A stretch of 63,979 nucleotides of DNA, the filler included, from Trichomonas gallinae (Eukaryota), in NCBI GenBank assembly GCA_008369845.1. It is 8 parts of 8 records of this genome, joined end to end, with 100 filler letters (N's around TTAATTAATTAA, not from the genome) between each part and the next. Parts side by side here need not be neighbours in the genome. Positions count along the whole stretch, not along the records: positions 14,509 to 33,420 come from MRSU01000523.1; positions 33,521 to 45,116 come from MRSU01000524.1; 6 more parts are not named here. One strand, given 5' to 3'. Of the stretch, positions 24,380 to 34,468 are shown in pieces (the first letter of the stretch is position 1; every line of letters starts with the position of its first letter). The notes beneath the pieces were generated by a model that saw only the letters and a program-made list of their open reading frames with translations, was not told where the DNA came from and searched no databases. The position numbers were made by a program, and so were the translations under genes.

Positions 24380-25036
24380 ATGTCTGCAAAAGACTTTATC
24401 TTCGTCCTCGGTGGCCCAGGTTCCGGCAAGGGCACACAGTCTCTCGTTATTGCTAAGGAATACGGCCTTGGCTACCTCTCAACAGGTGACCTCCTCCGTG
24501 AGACAATCAAGAAACTCGAAAACCCACCAAAGGATTTGAGCGAAGAGGAACTTAAAAAGATCAAGGAACTCGCAGAGATCATGAAGAACGGTGGTTTAGT
24601 CGATGACAAGACAGTCATTGATCTTATAAAGAAGAAGATCAACTCTTCTAAGGAAGAACACTGGTTCATCGATGGATTCCCACGCAAGATGTCCCAGTGC
24701 GAGGCTTTCGCTGCTGATATCGGAGAACCTGTTACATGCATTTATCTCAACGTCCCAGAAGACGTCTTGATTGACCGTCTTTTGAACCGTGGCAAGACAT
24801 CTGGCCGTGCTGATGATAACGAGGACGCCATCAAGAAGAGACTGAAGACCTACATCGAAGAATCTCAGCCAGTTATCGAGCATTACAAGGCAAAGGGCAA
24901 AGTTGCTGAAATTGATGGCAACCGCTCAATTGATAAGGTCCATGAAAGCTTCGTCGAAGCTATTAAGAAGCACTGGCAGCTTCAGAACAAGGTTGAGGAG
25001 ACAATCAAGAACTCCAAGTGCTGCCTTTTAATTTAA
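24380..25036 (+). CDS. Adenylate kinase / UMP-CMP kinase family protein with C-terminal CaaX-like motif
   Basis: P-loop VLGGPGSGKGTQ, LSTGDLLR, FIDGFPR, short LID (RGKTSGRADD), ends SKCCLLI. Confidence 0.93.
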   Translation: MSAKDFIFVLGGPGSGKGTQSLVIAKEYGLGYLSTGDLLRETIKKLENPPKDLSEEELKKIKELAEIMKNGGLVDDKTVIDLIKKKINSSKEEHWFIDGFPRKMSQCEAFAADIGEPVTCIYLNVPEDVLIDRLLNRGKTSGRADDNEDAIKKRLKTYIEESQPVIEHYKAKGKVAEIDGNRSIDKVHESFVEAIKKHWQLQNKVEETIKNSKCCLLI

Positions 25037-25112
25037 AATCATGCTTTTCTCTACTATTTATATATTTACAAACAATTTATTTTATTTCAATGATAAAATC
25101 ATGAATATAATG

Positions 25113-26246
25113 CTATTTATCTCTGAATATAGCAGGTGTTGGTGGAACATAATGATCCTGCTTCTTGTAAGCGATTAAAACAATAATTGCGAAGACAGCA
25201 AGAAGAATTATGCCTATAACATGTGGATTGACTTGGAAAAAGTATATCACACGTTTAACAAATCCAAGATGAGCATCATATATTCCTGGGAAGCATTCAT
25301 ATGTGATAGTATTTTCGAATGGAATTGGAGTATGACGAATTACGTTGTATTCACAATCTCTTAGTTGCAAATATCTTGTTGAGAACGTTCCCGCTGGTGT
25401 CCTCACACGTAATTCGTTATTTCGAACGTCAAACGAACATTTTTCGAACATTGCAACTGATGTTTCTTCTGTTATCATGAATGGATCATATGTTGAGTTA
25501 TAGAAGTGTAAATGAAGGAATTTGCTAAAAATAAAGAAATGTAGAGTTCCAATTCGCGGAGCAAAGTGATGGAAGCAGTTTATGTACATAAGTGACTCGT
25601 CTATTGTTGCCTTTCCATATCTTTCTAATGCAAAGCCACCAACGTTTTGTATAAAGTTGAGATATCTGTAATATCCTTGATATGGGTAATTAAAAGACAA
25701 TCCAGCAGTGCCAGTTTTCACTTGATTGAATGATGAATTCATAGCCGAAATCACTTGCCTTCCATTATTGAATGTGAACATTTCGCTAAACTCAGCGTTG
25801 TGGATTTTGTTCATTTGTACATTCTTTAGTCCACAGCTGTAGATTGCAGATTCGTTGCAGGATATGTATTTTGTTGCGTTTATAAGTAAAACTTGATAAG
25901 AATGAGCTGAAGAACAAAAGCTGAAGCATGATTTAGATAAGAATGTATTGTTAGATGATGTAATGTAAATGGATCCGCCATCTAATTCTGTGTTGCAGTG
26001 GATAAAAATTGATGAAATAAGCGAAAAATCGCTTAAATGGCAGCTGCATGCAATAGCAGCTCCAGAATTTGGTGATGTTATATTTTCGAAAACAGAATTC
26101 TTAATTGTAACTGATTCTTTGCAATCAATTTCATAATGTTGTTGATAATGCATCTTATCAATATCAGCTTGTGACAAATGGATTGCATGTGATAGATAAT
26201 TTCGATTTATCAATGAATGGAGAATAAATAAAAGATAAGAAAACAT
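25113..26246 (-). CDS. Pmp-like / beta-helix type I surface protein
   Basis: Start MFSYLLFIL at 26246. FENITSPNSGAAI and FIHCNTELDGGSIY repeats, C-terminal TM and short tail. Confidence 0.7.
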   Translation of the reverse strand: MFSYLLFILHSLINRNYLSHAIHLSQADIDKMHYQQHYEIDCKESVTIKNSVFENITSPNSGAAIACSCHLSDFSLISSIFIHCNTELDGGSIYITSSNNTFLSKSCFSFCSSAHSYQVLLINATKYISCNESAIYSCGLKNVQMNKIHNAEFSEMFTFNNGRQVISAMNSSFNQVKTGTAGLSFNYPYQGYYRYLNFIQNVGGFALERYGKATIDESLMYINCFHHFAPRIGTLHFFIFSKFLHLHFYNSTYDPFMITEETSVAMFEKCSFDVRNNELRVRTPAGTFSTRYLQLRDCEYNVIRHTPIPFENTITYECFPGIYDAHLGFVKRVIYFFQVNPHVIGIILLAVFAIIVLIAYKKQDHYVPPTPAIFRDK

Positions 26247-26872
26247 ATCAAATTTATTCCTTTTGCAATAATAAATAATGAAACGAAACAAAAATAAACG
26301 CAATATTTTACTCACAGATACAACATTTATCCAATAGAAAACACAAGATACAATTTCTTCAATATAACTGCATCAACAAAATGATTATAATGAATTAACC
26401 ACACAAGAAAATGCTATTTCCTCCATAGAAAATTATTATTCTGCATCCATAATAGAATATGATCTTATTTTCACAGAAATATTATTTGATTCTCATTACT
26501 ATGTGGTTTTTATAATATTATAGCCATATATAATTATTTTTTAGTGGGTAAGTAGTTAGTTGTCTATGAGAATATAAATATAATATGAACTGGGGTAATG
26601 ATATGGAGAAAGAAAAAAAATTATTTTCTTCGATTAAATATTCGACGATGAAAATCATTATAACAGAAAGAACCAGTCATTAGAGCATTGCCATAATTAT
26701 CAGTAGAAGTGGCGGCACATGTATCATGGGCAAATCTGTCATTTCCTTCTGACCAAACAGAAAAAATCAATTGAAATAAATTACTGCAAAATGTAAAAGT
26801 TTAATTTTCTGTTTTTGCTATCATAAACAGATGCGCATTAACAGAAATAACAAATAAAATGAAAATGGTGAA

Positions 26873-26925
26873 TTAGGTGACCGTTTATTCATTTATGTTA
26901 CACTGATAAGTAAACGGTCACCTAA
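26873..26925. promoter_or_regulatory. 15-bp perfect inverted repeat with AACGG cores
   Basis: TTAGGTGACCGTTTA (26873-26887) and TAAACGGTCACCTAA (26911-26925), 23-bp spacer. Confidence 0.65.
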
Positions 26926-26964
26926 ATTGAGATAAAAGTGACAAATTTCATTCTAAAATCTATA

Positions 26965-27963
26965 ATGCATCGTACAGCAGGCCAGCTTTCATCACACGCA
27001 CCCACCCGTGCTCGCACACGTGTATCAAGCAAGACATCGCAAACTTCATGGACAGAAGCCGAAGATAATCTACTTTCCAAATTAATGGACGAAGAACCGA
27101 GTATTCCTCCGGATGTTTTGGCAATGTCTTTCCCGGATAAGACACAGCAGCAAGTTCTTGACCGCTGGAACAAGGTTTTGAACCCTGAACTCATTAAAGG
27201 AAGTTGGACATCCGAAGAAGACGAAATCATTACGAAATGGGTTCAGGAACATGGCCCAAGAAACTGGTCATCACTTGCTGCAACACTTCCTGGACGCTTA
27301 GGCAAGCAATGCCGCGAGAGATGGGTTAATAATTTATCTCCCGATCTCAATCATCAGCCATGGACGGAAGAAGAGGACAAAATCTTGATCGAGCACCAGA
27401 AAAAATGGGGAAACAAGTGGGCAAAGATCGCTACATTGCTTCCAGGACGTACTGACAACTCTGTCAAAAACAGATGGAATTCATCCTTGAAGAGGAAGCT
27501 CGAAAGAATTGCGTTAGGCCAGGCACCAGTCCACAAGCGTGGAAGGAAGCCAAAGAGAGCTTCTAACGCCCCTGATGTTGCTCCAGCGGCTGAGCCAAAG
27601 GCAGAAATCAATATTTCATCACTTGGAACTGAGATTACCGTCATTGATGCACCACACATTGAGCAGAAGCCAGAAGAAGTCGAAATTAAAGAAGATATCA
27701 AGAAACTCGTCAAATCAGAAATGCCAAAACCAGACTTGTCCGTAGTTGAACTAACATTACCAAGCCCAGCAGGAATACAGACGCCTTTGCTGTTTTCTCC
27801 ATATATCCAAATGTCGCCAATTCTGATGAAAGACAGTCCATTTTATCCTCTTTGGTCACCAGGAAGCAATGGTGACATGAAAGGTGTCGTTTTGAAGTCG
27901 CCTCTTCCTTTCTCATTGGATAATGAAGCACTCAATCCAAAGGCAACAGAATTCAAGCTCTAA
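26965..27963 (+). CDS. Three-repeat (R1R2R3) Myb transcription factor
   Basis: [15 protein letters not shown]...[14 protein letters not shown]...[13 protein letters not shown], basic NLS-like [11 protein letters not shown] at 26965 follows Inr TCATT. Confidence 0.93.
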   Translation: MHRTAGQLSSHAPTRARTRVSSKTSQTSWTEAEDNLLSKLMDEEPSIPPDVLAMSFPDKTQQQVLDRWNKVLNPELIKGSWTSEEDEIITKWVQEHGPRNWSSLAATLPGRLGKQCRERWVNNLSPDLNHQPWTEEEDKILIEHQKKWGNKWAKIATLLPGRTDNSVKNRWNSSLKRKLERIALGQAPVHKRGRKPKRASNAPDVAPAAEPKAEINISSLGTEITVIDAPHIEQKPEEVEIKEDIKKLVKSEMPKPDLSVVELTLPSPAGIQTPLLFSPYIQMSPILMKDSPFYPLWSPGSNGDMKGVVLKSPLPFSLDNEALNPKATEFKL

Positions 27964-28746
27964 ATTGTTTATATCCCCATTTTAAATGTACGTCATGTTA
28001 AATATTTCTTTTTATTTTAACTTTCATATTTTTTTACATTTATATATAGAAATTGCTTAACAAATTGATTATTTATAACAAGCACCTTGATATATATCTA
28101 TCTTATTTGTGAAAAATGCTTAAAACTGAAAAATCAGAATCATGATTTTTTTAAATATAATATTTTTATCATGAAAAATGTAAATTTTTGATTTTAGAAA
28201 ATAGAGAAAGAATGAAATTTGAGTAAATCGATAAAACAATAGTATAATTTATATGGAACAAAAATGCCGTAGAAATTTTTATATAATACCATTTTTAACA
28301 TCAAATTTTAACAATTTATCATTTTGGTTATGTTTCTTGATATTAGTCAATGATATTTCTATAGTATTGATTAATCTATGGATGTATTCACTGTTATAAT
28401 CGCAAGAAATCTTTCCTTATTTTGTTTCCAGAAGAAAAATCAAGTTCATCCAATTTTATTTCAAATTTCAGCGATATACAAAAAGAAAGGAATAAATATC
28501 ATGAAATTAAAGTTAATCTTATAAAAATTAATTTTTCCTTTCCGATATCAGTAACAAAACATGTGAATTATATTGGAAAAAGTGAAATATGTTTATAAAT
28601 ATTGCTAATGGAACAAGATCAGCCATGCTGTGTAATTTCGAAAAATGACAGAACAAAATCATTAAAAATTGGACTCCCTGTAGCATATTCTTCTATAATT
28701 TAAAATGAAAAAATCAAATTTACCATCATTTTCTCATTGTGGTAAA

Positions 28747-31700
28747 ATGGATTCTATTATGCAACTCACAGCACCGAACTTAAACTTCGATTTACCACAG
28801 AAAGTAATTCAGGATTTGAACAACTTGAAGAATACAGTAACATTAAAGTACTATTTAGCTTTAGAACCTGAATGGAAAAATTGTATTATGGAGTTTACAG
28901 TAAGAGCCATCCCGGAAATCTGGGAAAGGGGTACAGCACCCGTTAAGTTCGAATGTGCTGCAGCTTACGGCGAGATTTTGATGAAATTGGCGCCTTTCGA
29001 ATACAGAGCGATAACAGAATATATTACGAAAGAAATTTCGACTCTTACAGCAGGACTCATCCTCCAGTTGGCTGGTGTTTGCTTCCTTGCCAAGTTTTAC
29101 AATTCCGTCGAATTTGCCAATCTTTTAAATGACACGCCATTCATGCATTTATTCAAGTTCGAAGAAACAGAGCGTATTCCTAGCTTCGTAAAATACCTGA
29201 AAAGCCTTCCTTTGGTATTTCTTCAAAATTTGGCCGAGTATTTTGTTCAGCTTTTCTTGCATGATCAGAACAACAGACACTACACGACCGCAATTTCAAT
29301 TCTCACAGAAGTCGAACCTAACAAATTTATTCACATTATTAATGAAAACGTTAAGCCACAATATATTGGAAGGTTCTTTGAAAAAGGAGCACCAAAATTC
29401 CCTCCAGAAAAAGTTGCAGTATACAAAGAAGCCTTGATTAAAATTATTATTGATCCAGATCCAAACGCTTTGGACTATGAACTTGCATGCCAGACACTCG
29501 GTCTTTTGATCAGATCTGAAAATATCAACCAAGAAGAAGCAGAAGCAATGATTACAAAAGATATGATTTTACACACGAAGTCTCTTACTTCATTGCTTCA
29601 ATTACCAATCAAAGAGGAATTAATACGTGAACTTTATACATTCGAACGCCCAGAATCAGCGCCAAAAGAGGAGGAAGTTGTTGCATCTCCATTATTAGGA
29701 AATGTCGCTCATTCTCAAGAATCTGCTGTTGCAAAACCAGTTACAGAACCACAATTCGGTAAATTCGAATGTGATGGCGCAATTCTTGTTCCGTTGATGG
29801 AATATTTCACAAGAAATCTTATTTTCACCTCAGAATTAGTTTCAATCATCGGCAATTCTTTAGATGAACACAACAAGAACTACAGCGACGTATTACGTGC
29901 ACTTGGAAGCGTTTGCAGAAAGATTCCCGCAGAAGATTTGAATAATTTGCTTACAAAGGCATTTTCTGTCAATTCCAGCAACTGGATTCACGCACTATGG
30001 ACACTCAAGCTCATAGGCAAGCTAGATTTCACAAGGATGTCGAAAACAATGACAGAACGCGCTTTCGTTTTAATCGAAGATGCTGTTGTTTCTCCGACAG
30101 ACAAACTGCACGAAACAGGCTGCCAGGTTGTCCTCAAGATCAAGAACACACTTCCATTCGATCAATTCAAGATTTTCATAGACAAATTCATCCGCAAACT
30201 CGATATTTTCAATCCAAGCGACTTCGAGCGCAGAATTTCCTTCCTCGCGCACACTTTCTACAACATGACTGGTGGCTGGACTCTTTCCTTCATGCACATC
30301 GCTACAATGGTTTCCGAGGCAATGTCTATATTCGATTTCTCGCCAAAAACATTGGAAGGAGTTTTCTACATTTTGGCAGTTTTCTCAGCAAACATGCGAA
30401 ACATCGAGAACACAATGTATTTCACTAGACACGCTCTCGGTGTCATCTGCAGCCAGTACCAGTATTTCACAGGATACCAGCTCGAACTCCCATCATGTCC
30501 GCTCGCCAAGACTGTCATCGCACACAACATTCCTCTCAAGAAGATCGACTCAGACATAACAAGCAGGCCGGAAGCATCACACAGACAGTTGATGTCTACT
30601 GCCCTCATCGCTCTTGTTTTCCTGTCGAAGGTGCAGTGGGGAGAGATGCCGATGGACGAATCCGATGTTGCACTTTTAGCGCACGTTGCAACAGTTTTAG
30701 CCCCACTTTTCATCGACGAGTGCTTGAGATTAGCTGTCGTTTTACTCGACTGCCCTGAAGCCAAGAAGGAGCACTTCGAGGAATTCATTTCGACAATTCT
30801 GCAGCATATTCACACTAAGCGCCAAAAACTCGGAATCATCACTGTCATAGAATGCGCTTCAATGAGATTGGGCATAAACCAGGATGACTACGAGCTCAAC
30901 GAAATCACGGAAGACATCAAGAGCTTCATATTGGGAATGAGCGATTTAGAGTTCTTGACAATCAGATTCGTGAGAATGTTCTTGAAGAGGCATGACTTTT
31001 TATTGACAGATGCACAAGCTGAAAGAATCTGCGTAGAAAACGAGCGATATTTGATACACTCACAAGTCGAAGAATCGCAGCCAGCGAACATGCCGTTAGT
31101 CAATGAGCACCCAGAGGCTTTAGACAAAGTCAAGAGGAGCCAGATCGATGTCGAAGAGTCTGAAGACTTCTCTGTCGACGAATCCGATTTTTCAGTTCAA
31201 ATAGAAGAAGACTCGCCAATCATCCAGCAGAGCGAGTCAGATATCAGGAGATATGTAAACACAATCACTCCATTGATAGCCAAGAAGAAGGAGATTCCTG
31301 ATTATCTACTTTCCATTCCTTTGATTATATCAACATGCAACTTCACACGCGCTAAACTTGCTGATGATTTGCTTTTCAGGTTCATGAAGTTCGCGTTAAA
31401 TGCTAATGATGGACGCGCTGTCATGGCCATCAGCAGGATCATGACATTCAGCAAAGTATATTATCCAGTTGAGGAATTGATTCATCACAAACTTTTCCAG
31501 AGCACAAAATTCTTCGCATTAGTATTAGCCCTTTTATCTATGAAATACAAGAATTTCAAGGAATTGCCCGATGAATTAATGAACTACATCACATCATTCA
31601 CAACAACAGACATTGTCGATTTCGTCATCAACATGAAATCAACGAACAGAAGAATGGCGACAGCTTTAGTCAAATTCGACCCACACTTTTACGCTCATAA

Positions 31701-32931
31701 ACTTGAGTCTATTTCTAAATGGAAGTCCACACAACTCAGCAACATGTTAATCATATTCCCACTGCTCAAAGACAGAGTTTCTCCAATAATCGGCAGAATC
31801 CTTGACATCACACGCGATAGCAGAAAGAAGAGACCTATCGCTTTAAGACTTCTAGCTGCCAGCATCAGCGACAGACAAGAAAAGGCATTGATCAAGATGG
31901 CACACTTAGAGATTAGGCGCTATCTTCTTGATCCACCGCCTGAGTACGACATAACAACACAGATAACTGAATTTGCTTTATTATCGCTTTTGATTCTCAG
32001 ATATGAGCCAATCATTGATCCTTCAGATTTTATGGACGTTCAACAGAAAGTTGGCAATCATGCAACTATTGGCGCATTGCTGCATCTCCAAGTTAACGCC
32101 TCTGAAGCGCAGAACATCAAATACTTGACGACGTTATTGTCAGCAGCTCAGCCGTCAATATTGCTTGGTGTCATTGCATTCATGAAGAGAGCAATGACAG
32201 ACACGTCACTTATATTGGCACAGAACATTACAGATCTCATTCTCAAATCGCGCAAACTCTCAACATTCCTCGAAGTTAAAGACACGGCAGCATTGCTCAC
32301 CCAGATATTACTCAAGAAGCCATCTAGAGATTATGCTTTGTTCATTTATAACACTTACATGTCTCAGACAGACTTTTCAGTTAACTCAGCTTCAGTTTTA
32401 CCATCATTATCTGTTCTCAAGGCAACAATTCCGATTTTGCGTTCAACGAATCTCGAACTTATGTCGATGATGGATAAAGTTGGCAGATTGTATGATACAC
32501 AGTATGTTGGCCTTCATTTAGTCGAAACAACAATTGCCATTTGCAACAGACTGCATGACCCTGAGCAAGGTATTTGCCTCATTCCACCTTATTTGAAGCA
32601 GCACTCGTCATCAATCTCATATATGATTGCTGAACAGGCTGCTTTGTTCTCACACAAGGTCTTGAAACCTGACCAGAAAGATCTCGCTGTTTGGGTTCCT
32701 ATTGCTAAGAGATTCTTCGACTCTTTCTTCGCTTCAGCTGCAGTTATAAAGAGGCAGCCAGCTGATATAGAGACATTGGCCAGCTGCTACAACTCTGCTG
32801 CAAGAAAGGCTTTAGAGTACTTGTCAGATTCTGACAAAAAAGCATTTGCAATCTATTACGCTTTACTCAGCCAAGATTTTGAAGAAATTCCACAAGAGCT
32901 CGAAGAATTCGTATCCGAATATGTGAATTAA
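28747..32931 (+). CDS. Large hypothetical helical-repeat protein
   Basis: About 1394-aa ORF; TCATT Inr elements favour the ATG at 28747 over 28705. Helical, HEAT-like character inferred. Confidence 0.8.
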   Translation: MDSIMQLTAPNLNFDLPQKVIQDLNNLKNTVTLKYYLALEPEWKNCIMEFTVRAIPEIWERGTAPVKFECAAAYGEILMKLAPFEYRAITEYITKEISTLTAGLILQLAGVCFLAKFYNSVEFANLLNDTPFMHLFKFEETERIPSFVKYLKSLPLVFLQNLAEYFVQLFLHDQNNRHYTTAISILTEVEPNKFIHIINENVKPQYIGRFFEKGAPKFPPEKVAVYKEALIKIIIDPDPNALDYELACQTLGLLIRSENINQEEAEAMITKDMILHTKSLTSLLQLPIKEELIRELYTFERPESAPKEEEVVASPLLGNVAHSQESAVAKPVTEPQFGKFECDGAILVPLMEYFTRNLIFTSELVSIIGNSLDEHNKNYSDVLRALGSVCRKIPAEDLNNLLTKAFSVNSSNWIHALWTLKLIGKLDFTRMSKTMTERAFVLIEDAVVSPTDKLHETGCQVVLKIKNTLPFDQFKIFIDKFIRKLDIFNPSDFERRISFLAHTFYNMTGGWTLSFMHIATMVSEAMSIFDFSPKTLEGVFYILAVFSANMRNIENTMYFTRHALGVICSQYQYFTGYQLELPSCPLAKTVIAHNIPLKKIDSDITSRPEASHRQLMSTALIALVFLSKVQWGEMPMDESDVALLAHVATVLAPLFIDECLRLAVVLLDCPEAKKEHFEEFISTILQHIHTKRQKLGIITVIECASMRLGINQDDYELNEITEDIKSFILGMSDLEFLTIRFVRMFLKRHDFLLTDAQAERICVENERYLIHSQVEESQPANMPLVNEHPEALDKVKRSQIDVEESEDFSVDESDFSVQIEEDSPIIQQSESDIRRYVNTITPLIAKKKEIPDYLLSIPLIISTCNFTRAKLADDLLFRFMKFALNANDGRAVMAISRIMTFSKVYYPVEELIHHKLFQSTKFFALVLALLSMKYKNFKELPDELMNYITSFTTTDIVDFVINMKSTNRRMATALVKFDPHFYAHKLESISKWKSTQLSNMLIIFPLLKDRVSPIIGRILDITRDSRKKRPIALRLLAASISDRQEKALIKMAHLEIRRYLLDPPPEYDITTQITEFALLSLLILRYEPIIDPSDFMDVQQKVGNHATIGALLHLQVNASEAQNIKYLTTLLSAAQPSILLGVIAFMKRAMTDTSLILAQNITDLILKSRKLSTFLEVKDTAALLTQILLKKPSRDYALFIYNTYMSQTDFSVNSASVLPSLSVLKATIPILRSTNLELMSMMDKVGRLYDTQYVGLHLVETTIAICNRLHDPEQGICLIPPYLKQHSSSISYMIAEQAALFSHKVLKPDQKDLAVWVPIAKRFFDSFFASAAVIKRQPADIETLASCYNSAARKALEYLSDSDKKAFAIYYALLSQDFEEIPQELEEFVSEYVN

Positions 32932-33187
32932 TTGAATATATTAATCACCAATATATAATATTTTTACTCATCCGGATAAAAATTTGTTTTTAGAAAATTT
33001 ACACGTCAATTTTGATTTTTACATGACAAAATAACAATTCACAATGACAAACATTCATGTTTGTGCAGAATAAACCCATAACATTATATATTTCAATAAA
33101 TCATATGTTTACCATAAAATCGCATAATAGTGATGCTTATAAATTTTTATTTTAATCAAAAATAAAAATAAATATTATTCATCCTAT

Positions 33188-33420
33188 TAGGGATGCAACT
33201 TTGGAAGATAATTTGGACTCTGGAAGATCGAAATTTAGTTTCTGGAAGATAGTCTGGAAGATGTAAATTATTAAAAAGATTATTACATGGCACATTTGAC
33301 ATGTAAATAGTGGTAAGAAAAGTGACGATTTTCAATTTTGTTTGGCATTCTTTTTGCCTAGTAAATATTTTATTTGTCAAAAAAATGTAAATTAATAAAA
33401 GGTTATTTTTGCCTGGAAGA
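33188..33420 (+). mobile_element. Probable hAT-like transposon end
   Basis: Begins TAGGGATGC (compare Ac TIR YAGGGATGAAA), carries five TGGAAGA subterminal repeats and runs into the gap. Confidence 0.45.
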
Positions 33421-33520
33421 NNNNNNNNNNNNNNNNNNNNNNNNNNNNNNNNNNNNNNNNNNNNTTAATTAATTAANNNNNNNNNNNNNNNNNNNNNNNN
33501 NNNNNNNNNNNNNNNNNNNN
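33421..33520. other. Artificial contig linker
   Basis: N44-TTAATTAATTAA-N44. Confidence 0.98.
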
Positions 33521-33896
33521 ATGTCTTCCTTGCAATGATGAACTGTTGTTGTGAACAGAGGATTGTCGAATGTGACTCCTTCTGAAAACATGCTACGATC
33601 GATTGCTGTTTCATACACTTGCCCTGACATTTCTTCGCTGATTGTCTCATCGTCACCGCGTCGCTTAAATATGTAAAAAACAGTACCAATAATAATGATT
33701 GCGATCACTCCACAAATCACACCAACTAGAATGTACTTTTTGTAAACTAACCCTTCCTTTACTGTTGTTGGTGCTACATCAATATTCATAGGCATTGGAG
33801 ATTTTATTGGATGTAGTAATATGAGAAATTAAATTTTAGCTCATTAGATTTAACACCATATTCATCCTGAGCATAGATAATAAGCATGCGATTCCC
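33521..33896 (-). pseudogene. 3' remnant of a Bap-like surface protein gene
   Basis: GNRMLIIYAQDEYGVKSNE repeat in one frame ends in a stop. TM and cytosolic tail with DNPLF lie in another frame. No intact 5' region. Confidence 0.65.
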
Positions 33897-34468
33897 AAAA
33901 CATCAATAGATTGAAATGCATTGATTTAAAATTCCTTTTTTAGTGCTGATACGCCCGTGGAGAAATGAAATGTACGAGTCGGAGTATTGAAGAAAATGTA
34001 AAAATCATTGATTTCCTCGGTCGAGATTTTTAACGTACTTTGGACATGGAAAATAACAAGGAAAACCATGTTTATTGAAATAGTTATTAAGTCATTTTGA
34101 TTAGATAATAGAATTAAGCATTAGAATGATCCATTTAAGCAGTTTTGCATCGGTTCAAATCAATTGATTTTAAATTAAAGTCGAAGCGATTTAATTACAT
34201 TCTCAATTAATAACTTACTACGAATTTTTGGTAATCACTGTATTGGGCCGGGCGTAGATTTCTGATAAACTCTGACGCCAATGAACCATCCAAAATTTCT
34301 AAATGTTGTTGAAATTATTTCGCTTGTTTTATCATCGACGAATTTAATATCAAAGCATGCACGCTCATGACTTGGGTCTTAATAAAATATAATTTTCCAA
34401 ATAAAAAAATTAAGAGTATAACATAATTAATTTTACATACATAATATAATAATATAACAAAAAAATAA

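Noticed and set aside
4503..27964. Stop codon TAA followed by A in several genes (4503, 16664, 23600, 25034, 27961)
   Set aside because: Matches the already described Trichomonas UAAA polyadenylation signal; useful for taxon assignment but not novel.
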